Below, piece after piece: positions 1 through 12,790 of a DNA stretch of 64,000 nt (its first letter is position 1; each line of letters begins with the position of its first letter). A program made the translations under genes and the position numbers. Origin of the DNA: Dipteris shenzhenensis (lineage: Eukaryota). The stretch lies in the NCBI GenBank assembly GCA_047967505.1, contig CM106538.1; one strand, written 5' to 3'. The notes under the pieces are model-generated. The model was not told where the DNA came from. It worked only from the letters and a program-made list of their open reading frames with translations, and ran no database searches.

Positions 1-857
1 AAGATACAAACTTATGTAAAAAGGCTCTTGCTATATTATTGGTGCTACAAAGTGCTTTGAAGCTTCCTATGTGTGTTCATTTCATTGATTGTCAAGAGCT
101 TGTATTTTAGGCACATCTCTTTGGCACACACATGGCATAGAGTGCCTCAGTTGGTGCAATTCTATTGATTCAAGGAGGAATTCCATAAGGAGTATCGACT
201 AAGGTTCATCAAGAAAACCCTTGGTATTTATTAGACGTTGATGTTCTTGAAATGGTTTGGCTCCCTGTATTCACAAAATCTCATTCTAGGTAAGGTACGG
301 TACACTTAAGTACTTTAAGGATAGATTTGTATAAGGAGCTGGTATTGATATACAATTATGTGTATGAATGCCCACTCTCAAACAATGAAGTCTCCATCAC
401 TTTTTCATGTCATTTTCTCGTCATTTTATGTTGAAGAAATGTAGAAAAGTGGATAGTCCTTCCAACAAGGAAAACTATATGGTGGCATGGGTAGAGTTTG
501 CAGAGAGCATCGTGAAAATTATGGAGGGACATAGTAAGCTACTAAAGAAGATGGATCAGTGGAGGTAGGATAATGATGCATTATACATTGTTTCTCATAG
601 ATTACATCTAGTACATGAGATGATATTATCATTTGTAGATCCTAGAGGGTGGAGTGCAATCAAATAAGGGAGCAATAATGCTTGAAAGGTAGCAACAATG
701 CTTGATATGTAGCAAGAGTTGTATTGAATGAAAAGAAGCTGTATAGAACGTAGCTACTACATTGGAGTATGAAAAGAAAAGAAAACAACAAGACCAAGGC
801 GTGTCACATGCTATTCATGCTCTACAAAAGGAATTAGAAAGTTCAAAATGATATTTT

Positions 858-1036
858 TGTTAGAGCTATATATAGCTTTTCCTAACTCAACCTAGTCCTC
901 AACTATATATATGCCTATGATCTATGAATATAATCACTTTTTTGGGAGAAATTCTTGTGTCTGTCTCTCTCCTCTTTCTCTTCCTTTCAATACTTCTCTC
1001 TCCTCTTTCTCTTCCTTTCAACATGGTATCAGAGCC
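858..1036 (+). mobile_element. Short LTR (858-1023, TG...CA) followed by a tRNA-Met PBS; truncated LTR retroelement
   Basis: tgttagagc...ttcaaca is followed directly by tggtatcagagcc (1024-1036). The LTR resembles the reverse-strand LTRs at 17735-17883 and 32889-33037. No partner LTR found. Confidence 0.7.
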
Positions 1037-1559
1037 TGAGGCTCTTGCATGACTGTGAGAAGAAAGAAACATGATTTTTGTCAATCTGACAACAAAATCA
1101 TTCACAGAATGTTCTTTTGGATCGTTTGGACTACTTGATCGCTAGGTTTTGAGTTGATATGAAAAAGTTATCAAAGATGCATCGTAAATCAGCGCTGTGA
1201 TCATGATTGAAGAAAACGGCCCACAATGGCTTGTTCAAAGCATATGTGCCGGTTATTTTGACTAGCTGGATCACTATATTGCATCCAATGTTCAGCCCAA
1301 ATTAAACAATCAGAACACAAATGACGAGCAAATGACTTTATCCACAACAAAAACACTTAATTTTGGATGGATCTCTTTTCTCTTTACCATTATTACATTT
1401 TTCCTTTTACTGGAGATGTGGTGGCTTGGTTGCCAAGCATCAGTCGTGACTTGGTTTATTGATACTTGGATATCTTTTATTTTCATACTCAACCAACATT
1501 CTGCTCAAGTCATCATGCCCAAACTTAGTATAGGTATTCTAATATTTGGTTTTGCATTG

Positions 1560-1911
1560 TGTGAAGATAGTGGGAGAGAAGGAAGGAGTATCACTTGCAG
1601 CTTTGTCACATACACAATGGGGGAATACACACAAAGGTGCAGGCTGAAAATAGTTTTCCTCTTCTTAGTTGTGAAAGCCAAAAGAACTCTAGTACAAAGA
1701 AATAGGAGAACCCTATATGTGGGTCTCAAACCAAACTCAGCTAACTAAGGTGGCATACTAACTGAGCCATGAACTAGAGTACATAAGGATAGCTGTCATC
1801 CAGCTATTTTTCATGGGCAGTGCACCAACCGCATCTGTAGCTAACAAGTCGGTGACATAAATGCACAACGGTTACCCTGGCATATCGCGAGTGGAGCTCA
1901 ATATCTCAACA
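1560..1911 (-). repeat. 3' LTR of the copia element
   Basis: Direct repeat of 6773-7124 with about 21 substitutions by eye; adjacent to the PPT. Confidence 0.95.
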
Positions 1912-1924
1912 CTCCCCCTTGAGC
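1912..1924 (-). promoter_or_regulatory. Polypurine tract of the copia element
   Basis: Minus strand reads gctcaagggggag immediately before the 3' LTR. Confidence 0.8.
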
Positions 1925-1937
1925 TCAATCCCAATTC

Positions 1938-4900
1938 CTACACACCAAGCAGGTCTATGAACTTGCGTAGCTTCTCTATGCCCAATGCCTTCGTGAATAT
2001 GTCAGCTACCTGATCCTCTGTGCTGACATAAACTAGATCAATAAGACCTAGTAAAACCTTCTCCCACACATAGTGATAATGTACCTCAATGTGCTTTGTT
2101 CTAGCATGATAGACTGGGTTATTTGCCAAGTGTATACTGCTCATGTTGTCACAATAAATGACAATTGTCCCATCTGTATACTGATGCATATTATAAAGTA
2201 GCTTATGCAACCAAGCTACCTCACATGCAGCCATTGCTGCACCCCTGTACTCATCCTCTGTGCTCGACAAGGAAATTGTAGGCTATTTCTTGCTGCTCCA
2301 AGTGACTGCAGCACTCCCAAAAGAGAATACATATCCATTGGTAGATCGTCTATCAGAAATACTACCAGCCCAATCAGCATCAGTGTATCCATGCAACTGT
2401 ATCTGAACCCCAGCCTCATAAAATAGTCCATACTACAATGTGGACTTCACATACCTGAGTGTGCATCTAGCCACATCCAAATGCGGTTTCCTTGGAGCTT
2501 GCATAAACTGACTTACCAATCCAACAGCATAGCTCAAATCTGGCATGGTAATGGTCATATAAATCAAACTTCCTACTATGCGTCTGTACATAGTAGGGTC
2601 TTCCAGAAGCTCACCTACATCTGTGCTCAGCTTCACATTCTACTCCAAAGGAACTGAAATAGGCTTATAGCCTGTCATCCCATATTTGGACAGCATGTCC
2701 AATCCATACTGCCTCTGCAAGATCTGTATCCCACTTGGTGATCTAATCACCTCAATGCCCAAGAAATAACGCAGCTCTCCCAAATCCTTTATCTCAAACT
2801 TTTTCTTCAATAGCATTTTCACATGAAGGATATCTTCATCACTATCATGTGTGATGATCAAATCATCAACATAAATGACAAGCAGCATAATACCTTTCTC
2901 TGTTTTTCTCACATAAAGTGAGAAATCTATCTTGGAAATCTGAAAGCCAATAGTGACAAGATACTGTCCTATCTTGTCAGACCATGCTCTAGGTGCTTGC
3001 TTCAAACCATACAAGGCTTTTTTCAACCTGCAAACAAACTCAGGATGTGACCAGCATGAACATAACCTGGTGGCTGCTCCATAAAGACCTCTTCTTGCAA
3101 ATCACCATGCAAGAAGGCATTCTTTACATCCATCTGATGTACAGACCATCCCTTTGATGCAGCCATAGCAATGACTGCTCTTATGGTTGCCATCCTTGCA
3201 ACTGGACTGAATGTTTCTTCATAATCAATGCCATATTGCTGTGCATACCCCTTGACAACTAATCTTGCCTTGTATCTATTCATAGAACCATCTACATTGT
3301 GCTTCACCTTATAAACCCACTTATAGCTAATTGCATTCTTGTCTTTAGGCAAAGGCACCAATTCCCATGTAGCATTTGCTTCCAAGGCATCCATTTCTTC
3401 ATCCATGGCTTTCTCCCATTTTTCTTTTCCCATGGCTTGCTCAAAAGAAGTGGGTTCTGGTTCCTGTGTCACTTTGACCATATAGGCATAGTGAATGGCT
3501 ATAAATCCATCATATTTCAGTGTATCCATAGGATACCTAGCTCTGGTAGACTTGCACAAAATAGGCTCACTTCCAGGTGCTCTCAAAACATCCCTGGTCT
3601 TCCTTACTTCAGGTGTAACAATAGAAGGAATACCCAACTCATCATCAATGCTCTGTTCTGAGCCACTGGATTCACCATCCACATAAGAGTGACCTGCATT
3701 CACATCAAACATCGGCTGATCCACCTTCTCTTTTCCTTTTCGTGATACCTGCATACCACTATCTGCATTGCTTTGAGGAGATTCTCCTGATCTCAATTTG
3801 CCTATCCATGGCGAAGTATGTGAACCACTACTAGAGGACACTGCAGGTCCACTAATATTTTGTGATTGCTACTGTGAATTCTGTGCAGCATTACCATTTT
3901 GTGCATCTACATCATCGATCACATTTACTGGTTTATACCAGCTGCTCATCTCATCAAAAACAACATCTCTGCTCACTGTAAACTTACGAGAAGAAGGGTT
4001 ATAGCATCTATAACCTTTCTACTACAGAGAATAACCAATAAAGATGCACTTCTCAGCTTTTGGATCCAACTTGGACCTCAACTCATCTGGCACATGAACA
4101 TAGGCAATGCAACCAAAAATTTTCAAATGAGAAATATTTGGTTTCCTACTAGTATACATCTCCTCTGGCATCATGCCATGTATTGCTGCAGTGGGAGTCC
4201 TGTTCATTATGTAAACTACTGTAGCAACTTCTTTAGCTCAATAATAATCTGGTAGGTCTTTTTCATTTAGCATGGCCCGAGATACCTCTCCAATATGCCT
4301 GTTTTTCCTTTTTGCAAGTCCATTTTACTATGGGGTATGACTGCATGAATATTGCTACTTTATGCCATGCTCCTGCAGGAACCTTGCAAACTCATTTGAG
4401 AGGTACTCTCCCCCTCCATCTGACCTTAGGCATTTTATTTGCAGGCTTTTTTCTTTTTCAACCATAGCTTTAAAAGCTTTGAAATGCCCAAAAAACTTTA
4501 CTTTTCTTTTTCATAAAATGCACCCAAACTTTTCTTCTATAATCATCAATAAAAGTGACAAAATAATGACAACCTCCAATAGATGCAGCTTTAGTAGTCC
4601 ACACATTAGAGTGGATTAATTTCAGTGGCTCCTTACTCTCTTGAACATGCCTAGGAAATGGTTTCCTTGCCTGTTTTACAAATTGACAGGCTTCACATAC
4701 CTTATGCATTTTTGCAACATTGAATTTAGGCAATCCTGCAACAATATTTTGGGCCTGCATTGATTTCAGTCGCTGTACATTAACATGACCAATGTGTTTA
4801 TGCCAGATATCAATATCTGCAACTACATCGTTCCCATGTGCAAACATTGCTGCACTCAATTCAGGTGTGTCTGCATCCAACGTAAACATCCTGCCCTTCT

Positions 4901-6228
4901 TCTTTCCTTTTGCTATCAAGCGACCGTTATTTTTCATATCCACAACAAAGTATCCATGAGGATTAAATCTGACCTGCAAGCCTTGCTCAACTATTTAACC
5001 AACAGAAACCAGGTTCTTGGTGATATTCGGGACATGAAATACATCAGACAGATATTTCTTTTTCCCATCCTACAAAATAATTTTACCAATCTGCACAATA
5101 GGATATGTAGTATCATCACCAGTCTCCACAAATCCTGGTTTTTCCATTTTCCTTGCATCCTGCATCCATTTTGCATGACCTATCATGTGGTTTGATGCAC
5201 CTGAGTCAACATACCACACATCATTGCTTTCTTCTGCACTTGTCACAGAATTGGTCATGTGTTGCACCATAAATAAATGCTCATTTCTGTCATCACCCTG
5301 TCTACTAGAGGATGCATAATTGCCTTGCTGCAATTTTCCATTAATAATGTCATTATGCTTTTTGTAGCAGCCTTTAGCCATATGACCCATTTTACCACAT
5401 TAGTAGCATTCAACATTGCTGTTTGCATTTTGGCCTCTCTGCCATCCACCATGACCTCTTTGGCTCCCCTTGCCTCTAGAGTTACCACGTCCTCCTCCAT
5501 AGGACTAGTTTTCTTGAGTTTGCTGCATATTCTGATTTCTACCACGGTGTCCAAATCGGCCTACTCTACCTCTGCCTCTACCTCTTCCAGCATTTGAGTA
5601 GAAGACAAGTTCTTTTGAAGTTCCTCCCGAAGAAAATGCACCACCATTTCTCTGCTCTTCAGAAATTAGAAGAGCAAACAACTCCTCAAAATTAGGAAAT
5701 TTTTCACGGATGGCAATGGATGTCTGGAACTGTGCATAATCCTTTCCTAGACCATTCAAGGTCACAGAAACTAGATCATCATCTTCCACTGGGGACCCAA
5801 TGGAAGCAAGTGCATCTGCAATTTTCTTTACCTTCATGTGGTAGTCATTGATGCTCATATTTTCTCTCTGCACATTGTGCAACTCCTGCTTGAGCTGCAT
5901 TTTCCTGGCTTGCGTATTTGTGCTATACATTTTTGCCAAAGTATCCCATGCCTCCTTTGGCATACTTGCATCCTGAATATGCACAATCATAGAATCCGAA
6001 ATACTGATAGACAACCAACACATAACTTTTTTGGCTCTCTCATGCCATCCTTTAAATGCCTACATTTCCTGTTGATTGGGAACATTAGGAAGAATTGGTT
6101 CTTCTTCATTTCCTGTAATGAACTCCCGTTAGCCTTTTCCCATAAGGAAATTCGTCATTCTGAACTTCCATGAAGTTGTTCTTGTCAAGATTTTCAGTGA
6201 CAATCTATGAAAGAGAATCAGACACCAT
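1938..6228 (-). pseudogene. Copia gag-pol polyprotein broken by stops and frameshifts
   Basis: ORF fragments show gag (KEAWDTL), zinc knuckle remnant (GHMAKGC), protease (WYVDSGASNHM), integrase (WHKHIGH, CEAC, YFVTFIDD, SKLDPKAEKCIFIGYS), RT ([24 protein letters not shown]) and RNase H (YCDN, RTKHIE, QVADIFTK). Confidence 0.95.
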
Positions 6229-6760
6229 TACAGAACACTGCAAAATATTTTGTCACCGCAAAAAACATAGCTCTTGCCTCACACGGGCAAATCTGCAAAA
6301 TTGACGAAAGTGGTATTTGACCACACAGTCACTTCCTAGTGATGATTTTGCATCAACATCCAATAAGGATGATTCTGTAACTCCCAATATCTCTGTGCAT
6401 AGGCATAGGATGCAATTTCTGTGACAACTTTTCACCAACCTGCAGAGCAATGGTCGCATAGCAAAAATAGGGCCTTTTTTCTCAAAGCTTGCGGAGAACT
6501 TCCGCCTCTAAAACGGGCCCTGAAATGGCCTCGAATCCGAAAAATAAAGCACCGAGGGCTTCGCCTACACTTGCAGCATATATTGCCCTCTTGCCACACC
6601 ACGAAGGGTGTCTCAATCTGAGACAATGCACTCTTGCACTTTCTGGCTGTGCTACCTACAGAGATTTGCTCCCAAACTCAAAAAAGGAAAGCAACACTGG
6701 TCCTCTTACCAGGACACCGTGAACTTGGTTTGCTTTCTTGAGCTCCTTACCACGAACTAG

Positions 6761-6772
6761 GCTCTAATACCA
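6761..6772 (-). promoter_or_regulatory. Primer binding site (tRNA-iMet type)
   Basis: Minus strand tggtattagagc, one mismatch to TGGTATCAGAGC, directly after the 5' LTR. Confidence 0.9.
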
Positions 6773-7124
6773 TGTGAAGATAGTGGGAGAGAAGGAAGGA
6801 GTCTCATTTGCGGCTTTCTCACATACACAATGGGGGAATACACACAAAGGTGGAGGTTGAAAATAGTTTTCCTCTTCTTAGTTGTGAAAGCCAAAAGAAC
6901 TCTAGTACAAAGGAATAGGAGAACCCTATATGTGGGTCTCAAACCAAACTCAGCTAACTAAGGTGGCATACCAACTGAGCCACGAACTAGAGTACATAAG
7001 GATAGTTGTCATCTAGCTATTATTCATGGGTGGTGTATCAACCACATCTGTAGCTAACAAGTCGGTGACATAAATACACAATGGTCACCCTGGCATATCG
7101 CGAGTGGAGCTCGATATCTCAACA
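6773..7124 (-). repeat. 5' LTR of the copia element
   Basis: Direct repeat of 1560-1911, adjacent to the PBS. Confidence 0.95.
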
Positions 7125-7149
7125 CATTGTACTTCCAATTGTCCAGCCC

Positions 7150-7720
7150 TATAACACTTCTTACACCATTTTTCATTACAACTAGATTTTTTCTCCAATG
7201 CCCAATTCCTTTAAGGCCTTCTTTAGCTCGGTTTTGAGCTTATATTTCTTTGCTAGCATCTCCTTATTGGTATCGCTACTAGCATCATTCTTCTTTGCCT
7301 TGCTCTTTAAGACTTCAGTCTTTTGTAGAGCAACAGCTTGGTCTAGCAACTCTTCAAACGTACTCTTAACCGGATTGACTGTTACACAAGTCTACTTGAG
7401 TACACAGTGTGGTCAGGTAGCCTCACATAGACTTATCACTTGGTATAGTACTCAACTAATTGATAAGAGCTCAAATCCTATGCACAAGTTCTTGGATGGA
7501 ATTTCCTTTATTTTGCTTTAGCTCACTCATCTTCGTGCAAACATCTTCATTGTTAATCTCATACCTATGCCTTCACAGGAATGCTTCAAACATCATATAC
7601 CAATGAGGAAAATACCCAATTGAGAACTGATTGAACCATCCTTGAGCATCTTTTATTAGATAACACAAGAAATAATCCAAATGCTTATTCCTCGTGTGTA
7701 GTAGCATCATTAATGTGGCA
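7150..7720 (-). pseudogene. Possible Ty3/gypsy-type gag remnant
   Basis: LIKDAQGWFNQFSIGYFPHWYMMFEAFL resembles the retrotransposon gag A..WF...W..F pattern; heavily decayed. Confidence 0.4.
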
Positions 7721-7929
7721 AACTTACAAGAAACTCTATAAATGGCTATACGAGTCTTGGTCATTAGTACCTTTGAAATTTTGAAATTTAACCTTGATGT
7801 TGTTGCTATAGCAACTCTTTGCTCTCCTATAGGAGCTTTTCCCCTCTTTCTTTTCCTTCTCATATAGGATACAACTGCTCTTTCCTCTCCTACAACTATT
7901 GTTTTCCCAACAGGCACAGTCTGGAACAC

Positions 7930-8170
7930 AGTGACACAAGGTGGTTATGTTGTGAGCTCTAGTGTGTCTTGGAGGCATGGTCAAGAAGAAAGTGACACAA
8001 GCTGACAATATTGTGAGCTCTAGTGTGTTGTAGCAGCATGGTTAGGAACAAAGTGACCAAAGTGGCCAAAGATGGCAATATTGTGAGCTCTAGTGTGTAC
8101 TAGAGGCATGGTCAGGAAGAAAGTGATAGAAGTTGACAATATTGTAAGTTCTAGTGTGTTCTAGAACATG
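7930..8170. repeat. Tandem repeat, ~60-bp unit, about 4 copies
   Basis: Recurring gacaatattgtgagctctagtgtg...gcatggtcaggaagaaagtga. Confidence 0.8.
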
Positions 8171-9739
8171 AAAAATGCATTGGATGACTTGAACTTACAG
8201 ATTGACTAACTAGACAGTCATGGAAGGTTTTGCCAAGGGTCCACATAAGCTTTCCAAGAGGAAGGATGTATTTCTTAGACTATGTACCTTCCTTGCCTAT
8301 CTTCTTTACAAGATCTTATTTTAACATAGAGTTGGAAGTAGTGGAATCTTTGATATCACTGACAATGGACTGTCTGTAAGTTATGTGCAGGAATACCTTT
8401 TAGTCATCAAAAATGAAATGTATATTCCTTCAACTTTACTTGAAATGGTGAAATAGCAGGCAAGAATCTAGAGAAATGCATAAAAATGTCCATTTATCCC
8501 TCGTGCAACATTAAACAATGTGCTTGACTAGTACAAGCTATCCATAAATTGTAGGTTGGGCATTTTGGAATTTGCATAGGTTTTCTTAATGACTTGGAGG
8601 ACATTAAAAGCATTGATGAATTTTATTTTGATGGTTTTATTGTGTGGTTTCGTGTCCAAAGTTTTTAGGTAATATGTATACAGTTTTCATGCCTAAAGTT
8701 TTCATGTCTAAAGTTTACAGTTTATACCTATTTGCCTTGCTTGCATCATTAAAGGAGACAATGCTATGATGGTAAGCATCCTATGTATTGATTTATATTT
8801 TATGGTCTTTTAATGTAATGAGCTTTGTTAGGTTTGCTAATGTAATGGTTGTTGAATTGATGCAGGAGGCATTTGAGATCTCTCATTGGTGCACTATATT
8901 AGTCGAGTAGGAGAATACGTTGTGGTCTTCCACATCCAATTTTTAGAATAAACTACTTAACTACTAAGGTGCATCAAAGTATTGACAGCTTGATCATTGT
9001 GATCCACATCACATGGCTTCCCCTATTGCATTGTATCCCATTGGCAATGGTGTAAAAAACTTTGTGCCCGGCTACCCTGAGAGGAGAGCCGAGGGAGAGC
9101 CTTAATGTTATTAGTATTAGGATTTTACTTGGGGATTTCAAAAGCCTCTTTTTTCTATGTATTAGAGGTAGCAAAAAGGAGGTATAGGCTATGAAGAGTC
9201 TTTGTATTTTAAAGGAGAGATTATAATACAAAAATGTACATTTTATCACATTCTCTTCCTTGTAGATACCATGTCATAAGCAATAATTTTGATTGAGTCA
9301 TGGTTGGAATTTTGAATATGTTGTTAATTCAATATATGGTAATGTCGCCTTGAATTGTAGAGTATTGAATACACCACATCCAAGTTTGTTGTGTAGAGAG
9401 ATGAACCTTTTAGATGCAAACTTGTCCCTTTTCCTTCATTTGTATCCAAAGTAATTACAAATTTATGACCCCCTCAACTTGTGACTGACTTTTGAAGGTC
9501 TTCTACATTGAATTTGAACATTCAGGGAAAAATTTTCCAGTCAAATATCATAGAGCTACTCATGCTCTCGATTTTGAACTTTAAATTTGCAATTGGAGTT
9601 ATAGTGCAAAAGTTATAGCTATTTTACTATTCTCTTCATATTCCATGCAATTAAGTTCTATTACTTGTATATATATTTTTGTAAAATTAATTTAGGAAAA
9701 TATTATGAATATTCCAAGCCAAAATAGTACTCTCGACTA

Positions 9740-10040
9740 AGTTTGGTATTTTGGTGACCATTTTTGGCAAATGTAGGAGGAATTTGACCACGGTGCAGAA
9801 GGCAAAGTTGGTCAGGACATCATGGGGTGTCCAAAAATGTACAAACCCGCCACAATGCGAATTTGGCCATCTAGAGGGTGCACCTCTAGATGGCCTCCAG
9901 ATGGCCAAATTCGCACTGTGGTGGGTTTGTACATTTTTAGACGCCCCATGATGTCCTGACCAACTTTTCCTTCTGCGCTGTGGTCAAATTCCCCCTACAT
10001 TTGCCAAAAATAGACATCAAAATGGCCGAAGTTGTCAAAC
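9740..10040. repeat. Long imperfect palindrome (foldback), arms ~140 bp
   Basis: gttggtcaggacatcatggggtgtccaaaaatgtacaaaccc...ggccat is mirrored by atggcc...gggtttgtacatttttagacgccccatgatgtcctgaccaac. Confidence 0.85.
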
Positions 10041-10608
10041 TCCTTCATCTACCTCTTTGAAATCTATATTTCTTCATAGGAAATCATGAAGTGCATCAAT
10101 CCTTTACAAGGTGATATAGTAGCCAACCTAAAAATTAAAAGAAAAGATACATGGACATAGCCAACCTCCATGACCAAGAAAACATAGAAAATGAAAATTT
10201 TAGATTCCTCTTCAAAATATATATATTCTCATGTAATGCATCAAATTATTTCAAGGTGATTTATGATATGAAATCAAATATTTCATTGACATAGCTAACC
10301 TAAAAGGTGGCTCCAAAGGCAAGATAAACAAAGAAAATGAAAATTTACAAGGTGATGTAGTGGAAGATCAAAATCCTCTGGATTAAATTAAAAATTACAT
10401 TGACATAGCCAACCTAGAAGGTTCCTCCAAAGCACAAGAAATTATATAGAGAATATATTGCCTAAGGGTCTTACCAGAGCTGTGCTACAAGGCACATAAG
10501 TTGTCATATTGACCAACCGTCATTTGCTAAGTTACTTCGTAAATATTTTCTTTCCATGTTTATCTATGTTGAAGTTGATGCATCTATAAAGACACATGGA
10601 TTTCAATT

Positions 10609-10930
10609 AGGTAGATGAAGGAATTTGACAATTTGGGCCATTCCAATGTCCATTTTTGGCAAATGTTGAAGGACTTTGACCGCAGCACTAAAGACAAAGT
10701 TGGACAGGATGTCATGGGGTGTCCAAAAATGCAAAAACGCACCACGGCGCAAATTTGGCCATTTGGAGGGTGTCCAAATGGCCAAATTTGCGCCGTGGTG
10801 GGTTTTTGCATTTTTGGACACCCCATGATGTCCCAACCAACTTTGCCTTCTCTGCTGCGGTCAAATTCCTCCTACATTTCCCAAAAATTAACATTGAAAT
10901 GGCCAAAGTTGTCAAATTTCTTCGTCTACC
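10609..10930. repeat. Second foldback palindrome of the same family, arms ~160 bp
   Basis: Centre ggcgcaaatttggccatttgga-gggtg-tccaaatggccaaatttgcgcc; arms extend to ggtagatgaag and cttcgtctacc. Confidence 0.88.
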
Positions 10931-11020
10931 CCTTCAAAATCTATATTTCTTCGTAGAAAATCATGAAATGCATCAATCCTTTACAAGGTGATGTAGGAAA
11001 ATCTCAAATTTTGGCTTTTA

Positions 11021-11286
11021 AACACTCCATCTAATCAATGTGGTGCCATGGTCAAATCCCTTCTACATATGTATTGGAATGGCCAAACTTGGCAAACAAC
11101 ATTTTATTGACTTGTAAGTTACATCAAAATGTGATATAACTTTTGTGTGCAAGGTTTTTAACCACTCCATCTAATTAATGTGGTGCCATGGTCAAATCCC
11201 TTCTACATATGTATTGGAATGGCCAAACTTGGCAAACAACGTTTTATTGACTTGTTACATCAAAATGTGATATAACTTTTGTGTGT
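11021..11286. repeat. Tandem duplication, ~140-bp unit x2
   Basis: cactccatctaat.aatgtggtgccatggtcaaatcccttctacat...aacttttgtgtg occurs twice. Confidence 0.85.
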
Positions 11287-12249
11287 AAGCTGATATAAAA
11301 AAAGATGCAATATTAAAAACAACAGATAGTTAAAATAGACATAACAAAAGATTCACCATTTGGCCATAGATACATAATTTTTTTTTGCTTTAGATAGAAG
11401 AATATTATTAGAAATAGGTGTTTGTATTTCAAATTGTATTACAAAGAGGCTTCATAGCCTATTTCTCTTCTTCTTCAACTCTAATACACCAATAATAGGG
11501 TCTTTGAATCCTCGACTAAGTCCTTAGAAAGACCGCTATGCTATTTGGAATCTCACATTCAACTCATAAGTTCTTATAATCTCATGTACAACACATTGGA
11601 ATGGATCACATAGGTTGCCTTGGGTCAATACTGTGAATTCTCCATGCCTTCTTGTTCCAAATGGATTTATTCCACATTCCTGCTTGCTACTATACACATG
11701 AAGAAACATCATTTTAGAAATTTAAATTTAAATAGATGTAATGCATCATGTGAATTCTTCTTCTTCAATAAACTTTTGGACTTCAAGACATACATTAGCA
11801 ACATCACAAGCTCCAGGCATCTTGTTTACATCCCCATTCCCTTCAAGTCCTGCATCACCTCCAAAACAACTTGCTCATGCATGACTTTGTGTCTTTCGAT
11901 ATGAACAGTCCCATATCATCCATGCCCACCATTCTCATATCATCCTCCATGAAGGTCCTAAAAGAACAACTAATGGAACCTTAGCAAAGGCAATGCACCA
12001 CTATGGATAATCCAAAGTAAGAAATTACATTGTTCAAAACACTATGAAATTAACATTTTATCTCATATTCTCCTCTTTAGAGCACCTACTGAGGTTCAAG
12101 ATGCTTCTTTTCTTGAAAAAAACAATCATGGATCACATATTGATCCTGCAACTATACGGTCACATGGTAACATGGGAGATCTCCTCAAATGGTGCCATCA
12201 ATAGTGGCAGAGTTTATAGAGACTATGATAGGCCATGATAGAAGGTAGG

Positions 12250-12790
12250 TGATGTTTGAGGAGGGATGAGAAAGACCATGAATGATTACGAGGGAGGAGA
12301 AGCAAGCGGAGGACTAGGTGTGAGGATGAAGGTAGACGAATACGCATGAGTAGGAGGAGTAGAAGCAACAGGATCAGGCATGAGCATGAGGAGTCAAGAG
12401 GTGCTTGCATGAGTAGGAGGAAGGAGGAGTAGGCATGAGCATGAGGGAAGATGAGAATGGATGAGCATGAGGGAGGAGGAGGAGGAGGAAAAAGTAGTAG
12501 GGAGGGAGGAGGAGGATGCATGTGGGAGGAGGAGGCATGTGGAAAAAGGGAGGAGGAGGGGGGGAGGGAGGAGGGAGGCAATGGGAGGGAGAAGGAGGAG
12601 GAGGAGGAGGAATGGGACATGTGGAAGAGGAGGAGGGAGGAGGGAGACAAGGAGGAGGATGGGGGAAGGAGGAGGGAATTCCAATTCAAAATTCAAAATT
12701 CAAAAGTTTGACTTTGGAGGATGGGGGGAGGAGGGAGAGAGAGGGAATTCAAATTCAAAATTCGAAATTTTGACTTTGGAAAAAGTGCCC
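12250..12790. repeat. Purine-rich (GGA)n-type low-complexity tract, probably inside a decayed retroelement
   Basis: Degenerate gga/gag runs followed by aattcaaa repeats. Confidence 0.7.

Larger units (their letters stand above)
1560..7124 (-). mobile_element. Full-length decayed Ty1/copia LTR retrotransposon
   Basis: Two 352-bp LTRs (TG...CA), 5-bp TSD CATTG (1555-1559 and 7125-7129), PBS and PPT; domain order gag-PR-IN-RT-RH on the minus strand. Confidence 0.97.

Noticed and set aside
7930-8170. CRISPR-like appearance of short repeats
   Set aside because: Units are contiguous degenerate tandem copies with no unique spacers, in eukaryotic TE context with no cas genes.
9687-10991. Similar ORFs on both strands
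   Set aside because: A consequence of the palindromic DNA; no recognisable protein features.
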